Source of the DNA: Nymphaea colorata
Taxonomy: Eukaryota
Length of the DNA stretch: 64,000 nucleotides
Assembly (NCBI RefSeq): GCF_008831285.2
Contig: NC_045138.2
Span: 16,182,001-16,246,000 of the forward strand
Reading direction: 5' to 3'
The number at the start of each line of letters is the position of its first letter. The first letter of the stretch is position 1. The notes below the pieces were generated by a model, which saw nothing but the letters and a program-made list of their open reading frames with translations, was not told where the DNA came from and made no database searches. A program made the position numbers and the translations under genes. Below, one piece after another: positions 1-12,440 of this stretch.

Positions 1-1472
1 TGATTAGCCAAAACATTACACTCTTCATGTACTGGAATTCTTGTTCATTGTTCAAGCTTGAAATCTCGACTTGTTTTGCACTGTTGACTGGTTGGTGAGA
101 GTATCAGCTAACCTGTATTGATTATCGAAAATGAGGTTTTTTTTAGTTTATATCTCTTATTTTCTTAAGGGAGTAATGATGAATGCCGACTTTTTTTTGT
201 TGACCTCTGTGGCATTGGGACCAATATTGGCAGTCATTTTTTGGTAAATCCATCTTGATGAACACTTGTGTAGTGTGTAATGAGGAGCTGTGGACGAAAG
301 ATCTTGGAAAGATCTTGCAATGTCCACTTTGTAGAATATATATACTTTGCGATCATCACAGAGCAGTTCTTACATAACTTTGCATGGAAGGTGTGATTAT
401 CACTTTTCTTGATGTAATGCATTATACGTAGTTAAAACTTAAAAAACTTAAAATGTCGTCCTTCCTTTTTTTGTTATTGTCCTTTCCTTTGAATTGCTTC
501 TCATTTCCACTACCCTGTCCTTCCTAGTTGACTTGTAATCAATCATTTGCCTGAATGACTAATGCTCAAATGTGTAATGTAATCTGATGTTGTACAGTGC
601 ATGGTGTAACATCCACAGTTGGGGCCAATAATTAGATATGTATTGTAACATATCATAGAAAATTCTAAATTTATTTCTTTAATATTAAGATCCCATAAAA
701 ATGAAAAAAAAAACAGAAGGTCAGGAAACATATGAAAATCAAGAAAAATATGTTTTCTATAAAAAAACATGTCAAATATAAATATACCAATGGACATTCA
801 TCAATCTAACATAACATAAATTCATAAGAAAACAAGGAATAAGCTTAGAATCTTGTACATCATGAAATCAACTTGTTCAATGCAAATAGCAAATGAAAAT
901 ATGATTTTATATCTCTCATGGTAGAATCCGGAAGCCCCTCTTTATTCATTTGCAAATCGATCTCCCATAAAGAAATCTGGACATTTTCTTCCCTAAAGTG
1001 GCAACATCTGCCACATTCACAACTCCTAGAATGTCTAGGACTAGGGTGTGAAGGGTTTTTAAAACCCAGCACTTAAAATCAGGTCTTGGCTGCCCCTTTA
1101 TTCTGCTGCCACCACATTGTGTGATATGGAGTGTTGTATCGTGTGATACAGCCCTGTATCATACGATGCAGTATGATACAGGTACTTTACATCCCTGTAA
1201 CTAGTTACAGGGTGCCATAACAAAAGTTACGATGCATACAATATTGCTGTAATGTTCTCTTTTTGATTTTCTTGTATCGAACTTTGGACTTGCATTATCA
1301 GATATATATTTTTATGATATTTTTAGTCACACATCTTTTGAATGTGAGTATCTTTTCCATTTGCATGTTTGGTCATGTTTCTTGGAATTTCTGCATGCTA
1401 CGTAACTTTTCTAATTAGTTCTTTGGAGCTTTAAGCAGACATACTTCATTGACATATGGTCTTGTATTTCAG

Positions 1473-2802
1473 CTACCTCGATTGTATAATGTGTACAAGG
1501 AAATGGGAGTTGTTACTTCATTTCAAAACATCTTAGACAATGTTTTTATTCCTCTCTTTGAAGTCACAGTTGATCCAAGTACTCATCCTCAGCTGGACAT
1601 TTTATTAAAACAGGTTAGCACGAAAGTTATTTGTGCTCATGTTTCTTCCTTAACCATGATAGTGTAATTGAATTAGTTGTGTATGCTTACTCCTTTCCAA
1701 GTTTTTGTCATTTGTGTACCTATTTTCTCTGTTGACTGGTTCTCTTCATCTGGTTCAGTTCCTTAAGCTAGCAACTGTACTACATAGATCATTTTTTTTC
1801 CCTATGGTATCAGGCACATGACTGGCTTATCTTGCTCGATCAATTGAAATTATTAATATTTCCCAGCCTTTTCTTTTTGTTTGCAATCTGTATAACTTAC
1901 ATCTTTTTTATCATTGTTATTTTCAAGGATTCTTTTTGTAATTGTTAAATTTTCAGTATGTTATTTCATGTAACTTTCTAGGTGTGGACAATTTGGTCCT
2001 GCCTGTGGAGTAGTCTTCACAATGAAGAGTTCAACTCTTTTAAGTCATGTGGATGGTATTAGTCATTGTTGAACAGAATTGTCATATAATATTGGCATTC
2101 ATGACTCCAGGAGGAATTAAGATCAATGCCAGTGGCAGAAATCCCCCTTCAAGTTAGTTCTGTGAGAGATGCCAATAATAATCCTCAATTTCTATTAGTA
2201 TCATGCAACTCTATACTGTTTATAGCTTTAATGAGAATTTCAGCTAGTTGTGGTTGCAAATGCAGATGAATTTAAAATTTCTAAAAATTTGATCATCTTC
2301 CTGATAAAGTGGGAGTCCATGTTAATGATGAACAGCGGTTAAGGCTAGTCACGTTGGCTGCTTTGATATCATATAGTCGAGATAATATTCCTGGCTGGTG
2401 TTGTTTCTGCCTTAAGGCTTAAAGCCTTAAACTGCCTGGATTACTTTATTCAAAATTTAACTCAGTTGTTTATTCGATTCCGGGTTTGATTCAGACCCTC
2501 CATAAACTGGCTGATATTGGGAAGAATTGGCTAAATTGCTTCTAATTTGGTGGTTTGGTTTAAATATCTCTGACAAAAGGCCTTGGGCCTGATATTCATT
2601 TATCAAGTAAATGCTGGTGAAGATGCATGCAACTGGAACTGAAAAGAAGTTATCTGTTGGGTTGGATCCAAATTTAAGTTGGATTGAGACCTGGTTCTGG
2701 TTGTGCTCGTTTTTATTAGTTGTGCCTTTCATTAATGACACTTGTAATTTGTTTATGTTGTTTAAGAGTATTTTCGTTTTCGTACCCTGATAAATGTAAA
2801 CA

Positions 2803-2859
<57 letters not shown>

Positions 2860-5800
2860 ATGAACGAACACACTTGCTGGGGGTGGTGGCTGGGATTCCT
2901 CTTTGATTGTAGCTCTCCATGTAAGTATCTTGGACGTCAATCATAATCTAATGTTCTACTTCTACCATAGCGAAGTTAGAGCTTTGTCTGGATATTGCTT
3001 CCAAAAGGTATGACCAGAAACTGAAAGAGTCTCTACTTTTTTGATGTCATGAAATTTCTTATTCTTTATTAATCTATTTTTCTTAAATTAATATATTTTT
3101 CTTAAAAGGAACATAAGTCCTCAACATAATCAGGAGTTCTGCGTTAATGTTGCTTGTTGTAAAGCTGTCTTCTGTATAATTATAATAGACACACACATAT
3201 AGCTGATACATATATATCTGAAAACCCTTTTATGATTTTTCTGTTTTTTGTTTGATTTTTAAAATTTTCACTATAAGATATTTTTTAATTAATTAATTTC
3301 ACAAAGGATTCTGATTCTAATTCAATTCACCTGATTCTCTGAATTTTTATTTTCCCTTTCTCATTCAATTTAAAACCCGATTTTGGTAACATTGATCCGG
3401 GCCATTAATTTATTCTGTTGGTAATTCTTCTAGGCTGAAGTTCTTTCCTTTACAACTTCCATGTGCAATACTCTGCTTTCTGCATTTGGCCTTTCTACTA
3501 AGATTTGCTTATTAATCTTCCATTGTACAAGATTTTATCTAGTCACAATGAAGTACCGGGAAGTAGAACCCCTGTCTTTTGAAGCTTCTGTACAGTCAGG
3601 TCTACATGGTTTCATATAAAAATGCGTGAGGCTGTGATCATCATATAAGATACTTAACATCATGGCAAAATTTTTAATTGTGGAGGAGTTCAGAACATAA
3701 TTTTCTTGTGGAGCATACTTGAATCTGCCATCACCCCTGTAAGAAGTGACACATTAGGTCTATAGGTAACATATATGAGCCTGTCAAGGTCTAATGATGA
3801 GGGCATATGTGAGCCTGTGAACCAGTTCTTTTGGCATCTTGAATTCTTTCTCGGCTCCTTAATCTCTCAACCGTTGTTTTGGTTGGTCTATACAAGTCAT
3901 AAGTAGGAGTGTGATTCTTACTTCCTAGCTTTCTCTCTTCACTCAACGTGTCTAACCTTACTCTTTTAGCTTTGGCGAGGCAAGGTTTTTAAGATTTCAT
4001 AACTTCTACCTAAGATCATATTCTGAATTAAAATTTAGACAGATAGTTTTTCTGCAAATCTCTATGTGTATGTTTTGGACCCATGACAAAGTTATATCCA
4101 TTTGTTTTTGCTTGTTGATGTCTTACAAATTTAAGAAGATGACCATCAACTGTTTCATGTTTAAGTTATATAATAACTGAAAAATAGGAGTCGGTGGATC
4201 TTCCCCTTTGTCCACATCCTCATATCCTTGGAGCATAAATGAGAGCTTTGGATTGAAACATAGTCACAAAAAACACGTTTTTTTTTTAAAACATGATTAA
4301 TTAAATTTCCGTTGAATACTTTAAAAAACGAGTTTTTTGAAAAGAACGTTGAAAACGAAAAATGAGTTTTTTTTAGCATTTTTTTCACTTTTTTCATTTT
4401 TTAAATGCCAAACAGTTTTCTTTCATTTTCTATTTTTTATTTGTTGCAAATCTACTTATCTTTTGATGTTTGTGTTATTAGTTTCTCACTTGTTTTATTT
4501 TTCCCTCCTTTTTAGTTTTTTTTTTTAAATTTTTAAACATTTACCGTATTTTTCTCGTATTTTTCCCTTTTTCAAGCTCGCCATATTATATCCAAGAAAA
4601 ACCTCGCTGTTTAAAACTCCGAAACATTATTTGTGACTATGATTGAAAGTTCTTCATAGAGGGCAAGGTAGTCAGAAGCACCATCAGCCAAAGTATAAAA
4701 TGCTATATGGATGGACATTTGATGGATGAACATTTGATTGTTGATTCTGGAAACTTGAAAGCCAGCCAAGAATATTTAATGAAAATAATTAGTATAATTT
4801 TATGGTTTATAAATACTGAGAAAATATATTTGCTGTTGAATTTCCTAAGGATGTGCCAGATCTCCAAGCAAATCCACTTGGAACTCAGAAGGATTTATTG
4901 ACTAATTCACTTAAGGTGGCACCGTGTGCTATTTTGAAACCTTTGGTTCCATGAACTTACGGACTTTCTTCCTTTCTTTGGTCCTCTGTTTTACATTCTA
5001 TACAAAACAAGAAAATGGACTCACTAAAATTTGTTAATGAAGATTTCTTGTGTTGACCTTTAAAGCTATGTAGGAGGTTGTATTATTGCAACATTCGAAG
5101 TTCATGCTTATATGTTTTCCTGTTACTCATTTCGTTATGCTCTCTTTGTTCATTGATTTCATTTTTTATCTCATTTCAGGTTGTTGGCTTTGATCTTGTA
5201 GATGATGAAAGCAAGCTTGAAAGATGCCCAACAAAGCATATGCCTACTCCTGCTGAATGGACAAATTATTTCAATCCTGCATACTCATATTATGCGTATT
5301 ACTGTTATGCAAATTTGTATGTTCTGAACAAGGTATAATTTTTTTCTCTGTTTCTTTAGTTTTTGTGTTAGTAGTTTCGGAATGGCTCTTCTTGTCCAGT
5401 ACAAAGTACTGCATTATTGAACATACAATGATGAGGCATGGAGTATAAGGAAAACAATTATCAATTTTATGTAATCTAAGATTATCCATCTCAATCATTC
5501 CTAAAGCATCTACAGAAAGTTTCTGAAGGGAATTATTTCTGGTTCTGCTAAATACTCGTTGACTCTGTCAGCTACAGTAATCGAAGCCCATTCTGGGTTC
5601 TAAGAACTAAGAAGTGTGGAGGCAGCCATAAAACCATCTGTAAGCTCTAAAAGTTGATAACAACCCTTGGACATGGTTGGTGGGTGTTTTTGTGTGTGGG
5701 AGGGAAGGGTTTGAGTTGGGGAGCCGGGGGCACAGAGTTGGGCAGGAGGCAGGATGTTAGTAAGAAACTTATTTATATTGCTTCTGCAAGCCCAACATAT

Positions 5801-8800
5801 GCAGTTATTAATTAATCCATGCTTGACTCTACAAAGCAGGCATGCTAGCTAGGGCAACATGTGAGTAGAGGAATCTCATACTTGTTAGCACGTGGGTGGT
5901 ACCAAATCAAGCTTTTTGGTATATTATCTGTTATTTGAGTTTTAGTCTAGAAAGAAGCAACCTTAGGAAGAAAAAAGGTGGTACTTGGATTTGAGTGAGG
6001 CCCTCTACCTCTAGAGATGAAAAGGGCTAAAATAATACCACAGTCAGTGTTGCATGCAGTGTATCATTATCATACAATATGTCGTGTTATGGAATGCCAA
6101 AATTGCATATGCTATTTCAAGGGTGTAATGCACATATCATATTATAAATTTATAATAATGCTCCTCATGCCCAACTTTAACACTCTTACAAGTTGTATGT
6201 GAGGGTATTCCTGTGTTTGAGGAGAAAACGTTGTTCGGGGCGAATTTCATTTGGCTGAGTGATTTCATGTTAAGGATATGAATGTTTTACACCTTTTAAA
6301 TTGCATCTGATTCACCGACAAAATGATGGTCCATATTTTATGTTGCCATGCATTTACATGCAGGCACCTGATTTGCATGAGTGATACGCAGAAGAGTACA
6401 CCTGAAAAAGGACAATAGTGGCAGTTGACAACCTAGGTCCACCTTTACCAAATATTCTTCTTGAATCGTCAAGATAATTCACTGGAAAATTTGATTGTTC
6501 CTGATTCTGAAAATGAGGATGTTACATTAACATCATCTGTACTGCCACTACATTAAGAGGAACTTAGTGGAATTGGACAAGCTAGCTAAATAGGAAAACC
6601 TAGTGTCGTAGAAGAACTTAGTAAAGTGACCAATTTTTACTGCAGATATATATTTCCTCTTACTTCGATTAGTCTAAAGGTTTTGCCATTAGGGCTTTGA
6701 ATTGAAGAATGATGAAGCTTGCTCTTAGGCTTATGTCTTAGATATGGTCACAAATATAAGTTTTATTTCCAAAAAACAACAAAAGAGAAGAAAAATAAGA
6801 GAAAAAAAGGCAAAAACCACTATATTTTGAAAAAATGCCAAAATGAATTTTTTGTTTTTTTTTCCCTCATATTTTCCCCTTTTTCAGATAAATGATTTTA
6901 ACTATATTTATTTTTTTGAGGTTTCCTTTAACATATTATCGACCATTTTGATCTTTATCAATGTTTTTGTAAAAAAAAAAATTGAGAACTCAATTTTTTA
7001 GTTTTTTATTATAATTTTAAATATGTTTTGAATTTCCAATAAACAAATTTCTAGTTAATACCTGAGAAGGAACTTGCAGATAAAAGCTTGACTTGTGTGA
7101 CGATAATGCTAATGGGCTTTAAGTAAGTCGATTTCATAGATACACTTTGATTATTACGCAAAGTTGTTAAATTGGTCTTTCATGCATAGGCACAAATGTC
7201 GCAATATTTTTGAAAATTTCGTAACAGAAAAATGAAGACAACAAAAAAAGGTAAAATATCGCGATATTTTGAAAAATCGTAAAAAATCAATTTATCGTGA
7301 TTTTATTGCATTTATTTTTTATTTCGTTTATTTTTTTTTTAAAACTTTTGTTTCATTGTTTATATCCTCTTGTTTTAGGCATTGAACGTGACCTCTTAAA
7401 TGCAATACAATACTTATTGGTTTTTCATTTCTTGTATGTTTACTTAACATTTTTATTTTTTGTTTTTTTTACAAAACTCTCAGATTTTCCTGTGATTTTG
7501 TCAAGGAAAACAACCATGCCAAAAATATCCAAGGAAAACCTTGCCGACAAAAACCCGAGACAATATTTGTGGCTATGCCTCCATGTTTGTCACTTGTTAC
7601 TTTCTTATAGAACTTATCTAATATGTTATGTGATTCATGTTTCTTCCTATAAAAAATTTTCCAGTGTCCTGTTTCTTTAAAAAATTTCATTTTTGCTTGT
7701 AAAATTTTCATGTTTTTTTAGTAGGTCTGAAGGTTTGCAATTATTTTTTTTACTTACACTTAACACACTTAATACCATTGACCATAGTGGGAGTGCTATT
7801 ATATTATTCTTTCAGGGGATCAGGTTTGGAGTGAAAATTTCCATGTTTTTTTAGTAGATCTAAAGATTTGTAATTTTTTTTGACAAGAAATACCAGTAGT
7901 CGCAGTAGCTATTTTTGACTCTGCATATAAAACAATAAGACAATGCACTAATCTGAATTGCGTTATTATCATCAAAGTTATAAGTGGAAGCAAAAACCTG
8001 TTTCCTGTATTTCATAATCATGCACATCAAAATAAATGGTCATATTTCACTTGCAATACGAGGGAAAAATGCACAATTAAGTGAGGAGAACCTGCACCAA
8101 GATTATGCATAAACCCCACCCTCATTTACAAGGGGGGAGATGTTGACTGAGTATTGCATGATATTATTTTTTATTATTTTCAGTTAAAAGTGAATATTTT
8201 TTCTTTTATCAAAATCTAACACGTCAGCTGCATATGACAATTTTTTGGATATTATATTTGATTTCATTGTTTAAGGTATAGTGCCTTGGGCCCTTGAGTA
8301 GTAGTTGGTTCATGGTGGATCTGGTGCAACTGCAAGTTTCTACAGGCCTTTTTGCAGCTATGCTGATTATTAACTTCTTATTAACTCTGTAGCTAAGAGA
8401 AAGCAAAGGAATGACCATAATCAAATTCCGACCACATTGTGGTGAGGTGATAGTTTTATATCATTTTATGTGCATCTCAAATCTTAGGAGAATTATTTGC
8501 ACCAGCTTTCAATTTTGGATTTTTGTTTCATAGGCAGGAGATGTCGATCATCTGGCTGCTGCATTCCTTGTGGCACACAACATTGCTCATGGGAATAATC
8601 TCAAAAGATCCCCTGTTTTGCAGTATCTGTACTATCTTTCTCAGGTATATTTAGTTTTTTGATAATAATATCTAAGACTAAAAGGCTGATACTGTTGGTA
8701 AAGACATTATTTATCTTGAGTTGTCTTTCAGATAGGATTGGCAATGTCTCCTTTGAGTAACAACTCTTTGTTTCTCAAATACAATCGAAACCCATTTCCA

Positions 8801-9950
8801 AAGTTTTTTGCTCGAGGATTGAATGTGTCGCTCTCAACAGATGATCCATTGCAGATCCATTTTACCAAGGAACCTCTGTTAGAGGAATACAGTTTTGCTG
8901 CTCAGGTTCACACCAGCTAACACTGCATATTTCTGCTTTCTCACTTACCCTTTTGTTTTCCTTCCTTCATACCCTTTGTTTGTTTGTTTTTGTTTTTTTG
9001 TTTTTTTTTTGGTTCCTTTAAAGGTTTGGAAGCTAAGTTCTTGTGATCTATGTGAGATTGCGAGGAATTCAGTGTACCAGTCAGGTTTTCCTCACTCATC
9101 TAAGGTGAGCACCATTGAATGGTATGGCTTAATTAACTGTTTTCTTTCCTAGTCTCTGTGGATCTGAATGTGTTGATAGTGGTAAAAGAGCAAAACTGGA
9201 AGTTTTGCATGCAAAATATAAATTATATTTATGATTTTGAACATTTTTAGAATCTGTATATCTGGTTAGGTGGGTTGGCCTAAAGCCTCCAAAACCGAAG
9301 GCCTAGAGTTCAGTGCTGACTCGCTGAGCTATGGATCCCTTGCCATAAGTCTAAGCAATAAAGATCCTTTTCTAATGGATAATTGAAGGACAATTAGGGT
9401 TTTATACTGAGAGGCACCCAAAACAGGTCATGGTGAATACTATGCCCCTTGCATGAATATGTCCAACACATGGGTTCATACATCATCTGAAAAGGACAGG
9501 GCATTACTAATGCTAACTGATGAGAGCAGAAGCTGTCTCTACATGTTATGCCTCTTGCTGTGTTAGACAATGCATCTTTCATTAGAAGGTTTTGAAGCAA
9601 AAACAAGATAAGCACATGTTTTGCACAGATCGGTGTGTGCACCTTTGCTGAGTGGCTGCATCTCAAGCCCACAAAAACAAGAGCGCCACATGTTTTACCA
9701 AAGATGTGTGTTTGTGCGAGAGAGGGAGACAGGGTGGGGGGGGGGTTTAATCATGAAAATTAATTACTTTAATTATGGATTGCAACTTTAATCATGGTTA
9801 TTGAATCCGGCAGCTTATGATCTTTTAAACAAAGTTCTTGGATCAGTTTTGGGTCGAAACGTAATTTTTAAACACAAATAAAACATAAACGTTTTGGAAA
9901 TTAAATAAAATGGTAAATTGATTTTTGTATAAAGTGTGACTGTGTGTGTT

Positions 9951-9989
<39 letters not shown>

Positions 9990-11079
9990 ATATATAGTTG
10001 CGAAATATGTAGGCTAGAAAAACGTATAACTGCTTATAAGTCATCCAAGCCTAACTCTCCTTAGTTTACAAAATTGCTTTGGATTCAGTTGAGTATGGTG
10101 AGAACATTCTACCACGCCTCTACCGTGGCCAATTATCTCTAACGTCACTTTCCGTATAATTGGTCACTTTGCATTGCGGGGTGGGGGGGTGGAGTGGTTG
10201 AAGTGGAGAGAGAGTTTACTAATATGGCTGTCTGGCTTTTGTTATTCTGTTTAGTTTCAGTCTGTTTCTAGCTAGCTTCAGAATTATTCGTTGTGATTTC
10301 TCCTGGATCCACTCATCTCATTTGTTTATGCTTGATCATTAAATATTGTTATTGAGTGCACTATTCATGCATCAAAGCTTAAATTGTCTTATTGCTCCTG
10401 CTTTGTGAAATACTGGTGGAGTTTGTTTTTATTGTAGGCGTAATCTAAATCTGGGACTCGAATATGTATGATGCATTAAATTTTGTGCCAATAGTGCATT
10501 AGATACTTGCATGTATAGATAGGTGTGCCTAGTTCGAGTTTTTATCTTAGGTACTAGATTGCTTTTATGGGCAATTGCTGCATTTGTGGATGTCTTGACT
10601 GATTTCAAAATTCAAAGCTTACTGAACACAGTATCAAGTTCTTTGGCTCATGATGTCCAACACACCTAGGAGGAAGAGATAAAAACCTACCTGTTTCACA
10701 AGTTATTGACATAATGAGCCAATTGTGTTATTTTATTTCTTGTTTGTTTCTGGTCGGTACCTTCTATGAAAATAAAGATAGCTGGAGATTTGGCTAGGTA
10801 CTGAATATTTGTCATCCTTCTTGTGGACAAGCACAGTCTCATTGGCTTGGGAGGCGGTACTACAAAATGGGCACTGAAGGCAATGATGTTCATAAGACAA
10901 ATGTACCACAAGTACGAGTTGAGTTTCGGCATGAGGTAATAGTTTCATGCTTTTTCAATTCCTGAATTTGGAAGGTACTCGGACTTATTTCGACTGGTTT
11001 TTTTTTTTGTTTGAAGATGTGGGAAGAAGAAATGCGATATATTTATTCAGGACATGCAAGATTTACTGAAGAATATTGA
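1473..11079 (+). CDS. AMPD: AMP deaminase, 3' part (last 8 exons; 5' exons presumably lie upstream of the window)
   Basis: GT-AG exons, all phase 0: 1473-1613 ([16 protein letters not shown]), 5180-5332 ([15 protein letters not shown]), 8393-8446 (LRESKGM..RPHCGE), 8534-8644 (AGDVDHL..YLSQ), 8732-8905 ([26 protein letters not shown]), 9024-9104 ([22 protein letters not shown]), 10837-10935 (SHWLG..TNVP..EFRHE), 11017-11079 ([13 protein letters not shown]). The HCGE and SLSTDDP catalytic motifs are present. Confidence 0.95.
2804..2854. repeat. (TA)n microsatellite
   Basis: About 25 TA units. Similar TA tracts lie at ~9950-9995, ~15194-15274 and 35552-35594. Confidence 0.95.
4259..4641. mobile_element. 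hAT-like MITE in an AMPD intron
   Basis: Perfect 12-bp TIR CATAGTCACAAA / TTTGTGACTATG, ATTGAAA duplicated on both flanks, and an A/T-rich noncoding interior. Confidence 0.75.
7185..7577. mobile_element. Related hAT-like MITE in an AMPD intron
   Basis: TIR CATAGGCACAAAT / ATTTGTGGCTATG (1 mismatch). The 8-bp flanks CTTTCATG and CCTCCATG match at 6 of 8 positions. Confidence 0.6.
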
Positions 11080-12440
11080 ACCATGAACAATACCTAAAGA
11101 ACAAACGACTGACATCATCCACCTTTTGTTCTACAAGATTTAAGTTGCTTGCCACGGAAGAGCTCTGGTCCATCTTTTGTTGTATACCTCTGGGAGTTGC
11201 CTGAAGAAGTAATGCCGTGAAACAGGAAAGGCTTCCAATGTTACTCTTCTAAAACAGGTTGTTCCATAGATTTGATTTGCGATCTGGGTGGCTGTTTCTG
11301 GTTGAAGTTGGTTCTGTGGTTTAATGCCATCCATATGAACCGAAGCAGGTTTTTTTACAGATCGGTGGCTAATTCAATGAATCACGAGGCAGCCCGCAGG
11401 AAGTGTCTATTTGTTGTTTTAGGCTTTTAGCAGTTCTGGAATGGGACTTCATTATCTACTTTAGATGCTGGAGTAAGATTGCAAATAAATTTGTATTGAC
11501 ACTGTGCAACATATGTAAACAAATTTGGTTGAATGGGAAGTCGCTGTTTTGAAGGGTTTACAGAGAGGGTAGGAGTCAGTGAGTCATTTGATTGAGAATC
11601 TCATTAACATTTTCCGAGTGTAATCGAGTCTGAAGCTGCATTTCAAAACGATAGTGATTTATTTGGCTTTCAGAAAGCCTGGTTCGGATCCAGATGCCAG
11701 GAAAGATTTGTTTCCGCAGACCACTTTCTCGGAAATTTCAGGCAAATGGGTGGTCTCTGAATCTGATGTTTTTCATTTTGACTTTGAGAAAAAAAAAAAA
11801 GATTTCCAATGAAAATGTTTAGCGCCAGCGGCAACTCTTACTCTCTCTGTGTCGTGGCAGTAAATCAAGATCTGTTCCTCCAGCAAAGTCCCAGAAAAGA
11901 TACCAGCCATAGGAGAGCCAGAAAAGATCCCACCAATAGATATTCAACTGGAAAGAACATCAGCAGTTCAGCAGCAGAATAAAGAACACGTGCATACATG
12001 GTCCCTTAAGAGAACTTTTGACAAAAACATTAATATTGTTCATTAATATTGTTATGAATTTACTTCGACGCGTCCCAATTCAATGAACATTGTGTTAATG
12101 TTCCTATTGCTAAATGCCTCTTAAACTTCAAACGGCTAACTTGAAACAACCTTTTTGCAGTCATTAGGCAGCTATATTGTTACTTTGGTGGCTTTCAAGG
12201 AAAGGTTCAGATGCCCTAGTTCATCCATTAACATCTAATGCATCGGTGTGTTTCACCTGCCGATTGTGTTGGCAAATAGTTTTCTTCTATTAATTTCCAT
12301 GCGCATGCATGTATATTACACCAAAACCTGTACCTAATATGCTGCTCAAATCAAATTTCATGTGGTTGACTGCCACCGAAAGTGGCTTGTTTCCTTTCCA
12401 TGGGTGCAAGAAAATGCAGAGCATCTCATTTACTAAGGTT

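Noticed and set aside
2457..2944. ORFs with YIYIYI runs (also 15114-15326)
   Set aside because: These are translations of (TA)n microsatellites inside introns.
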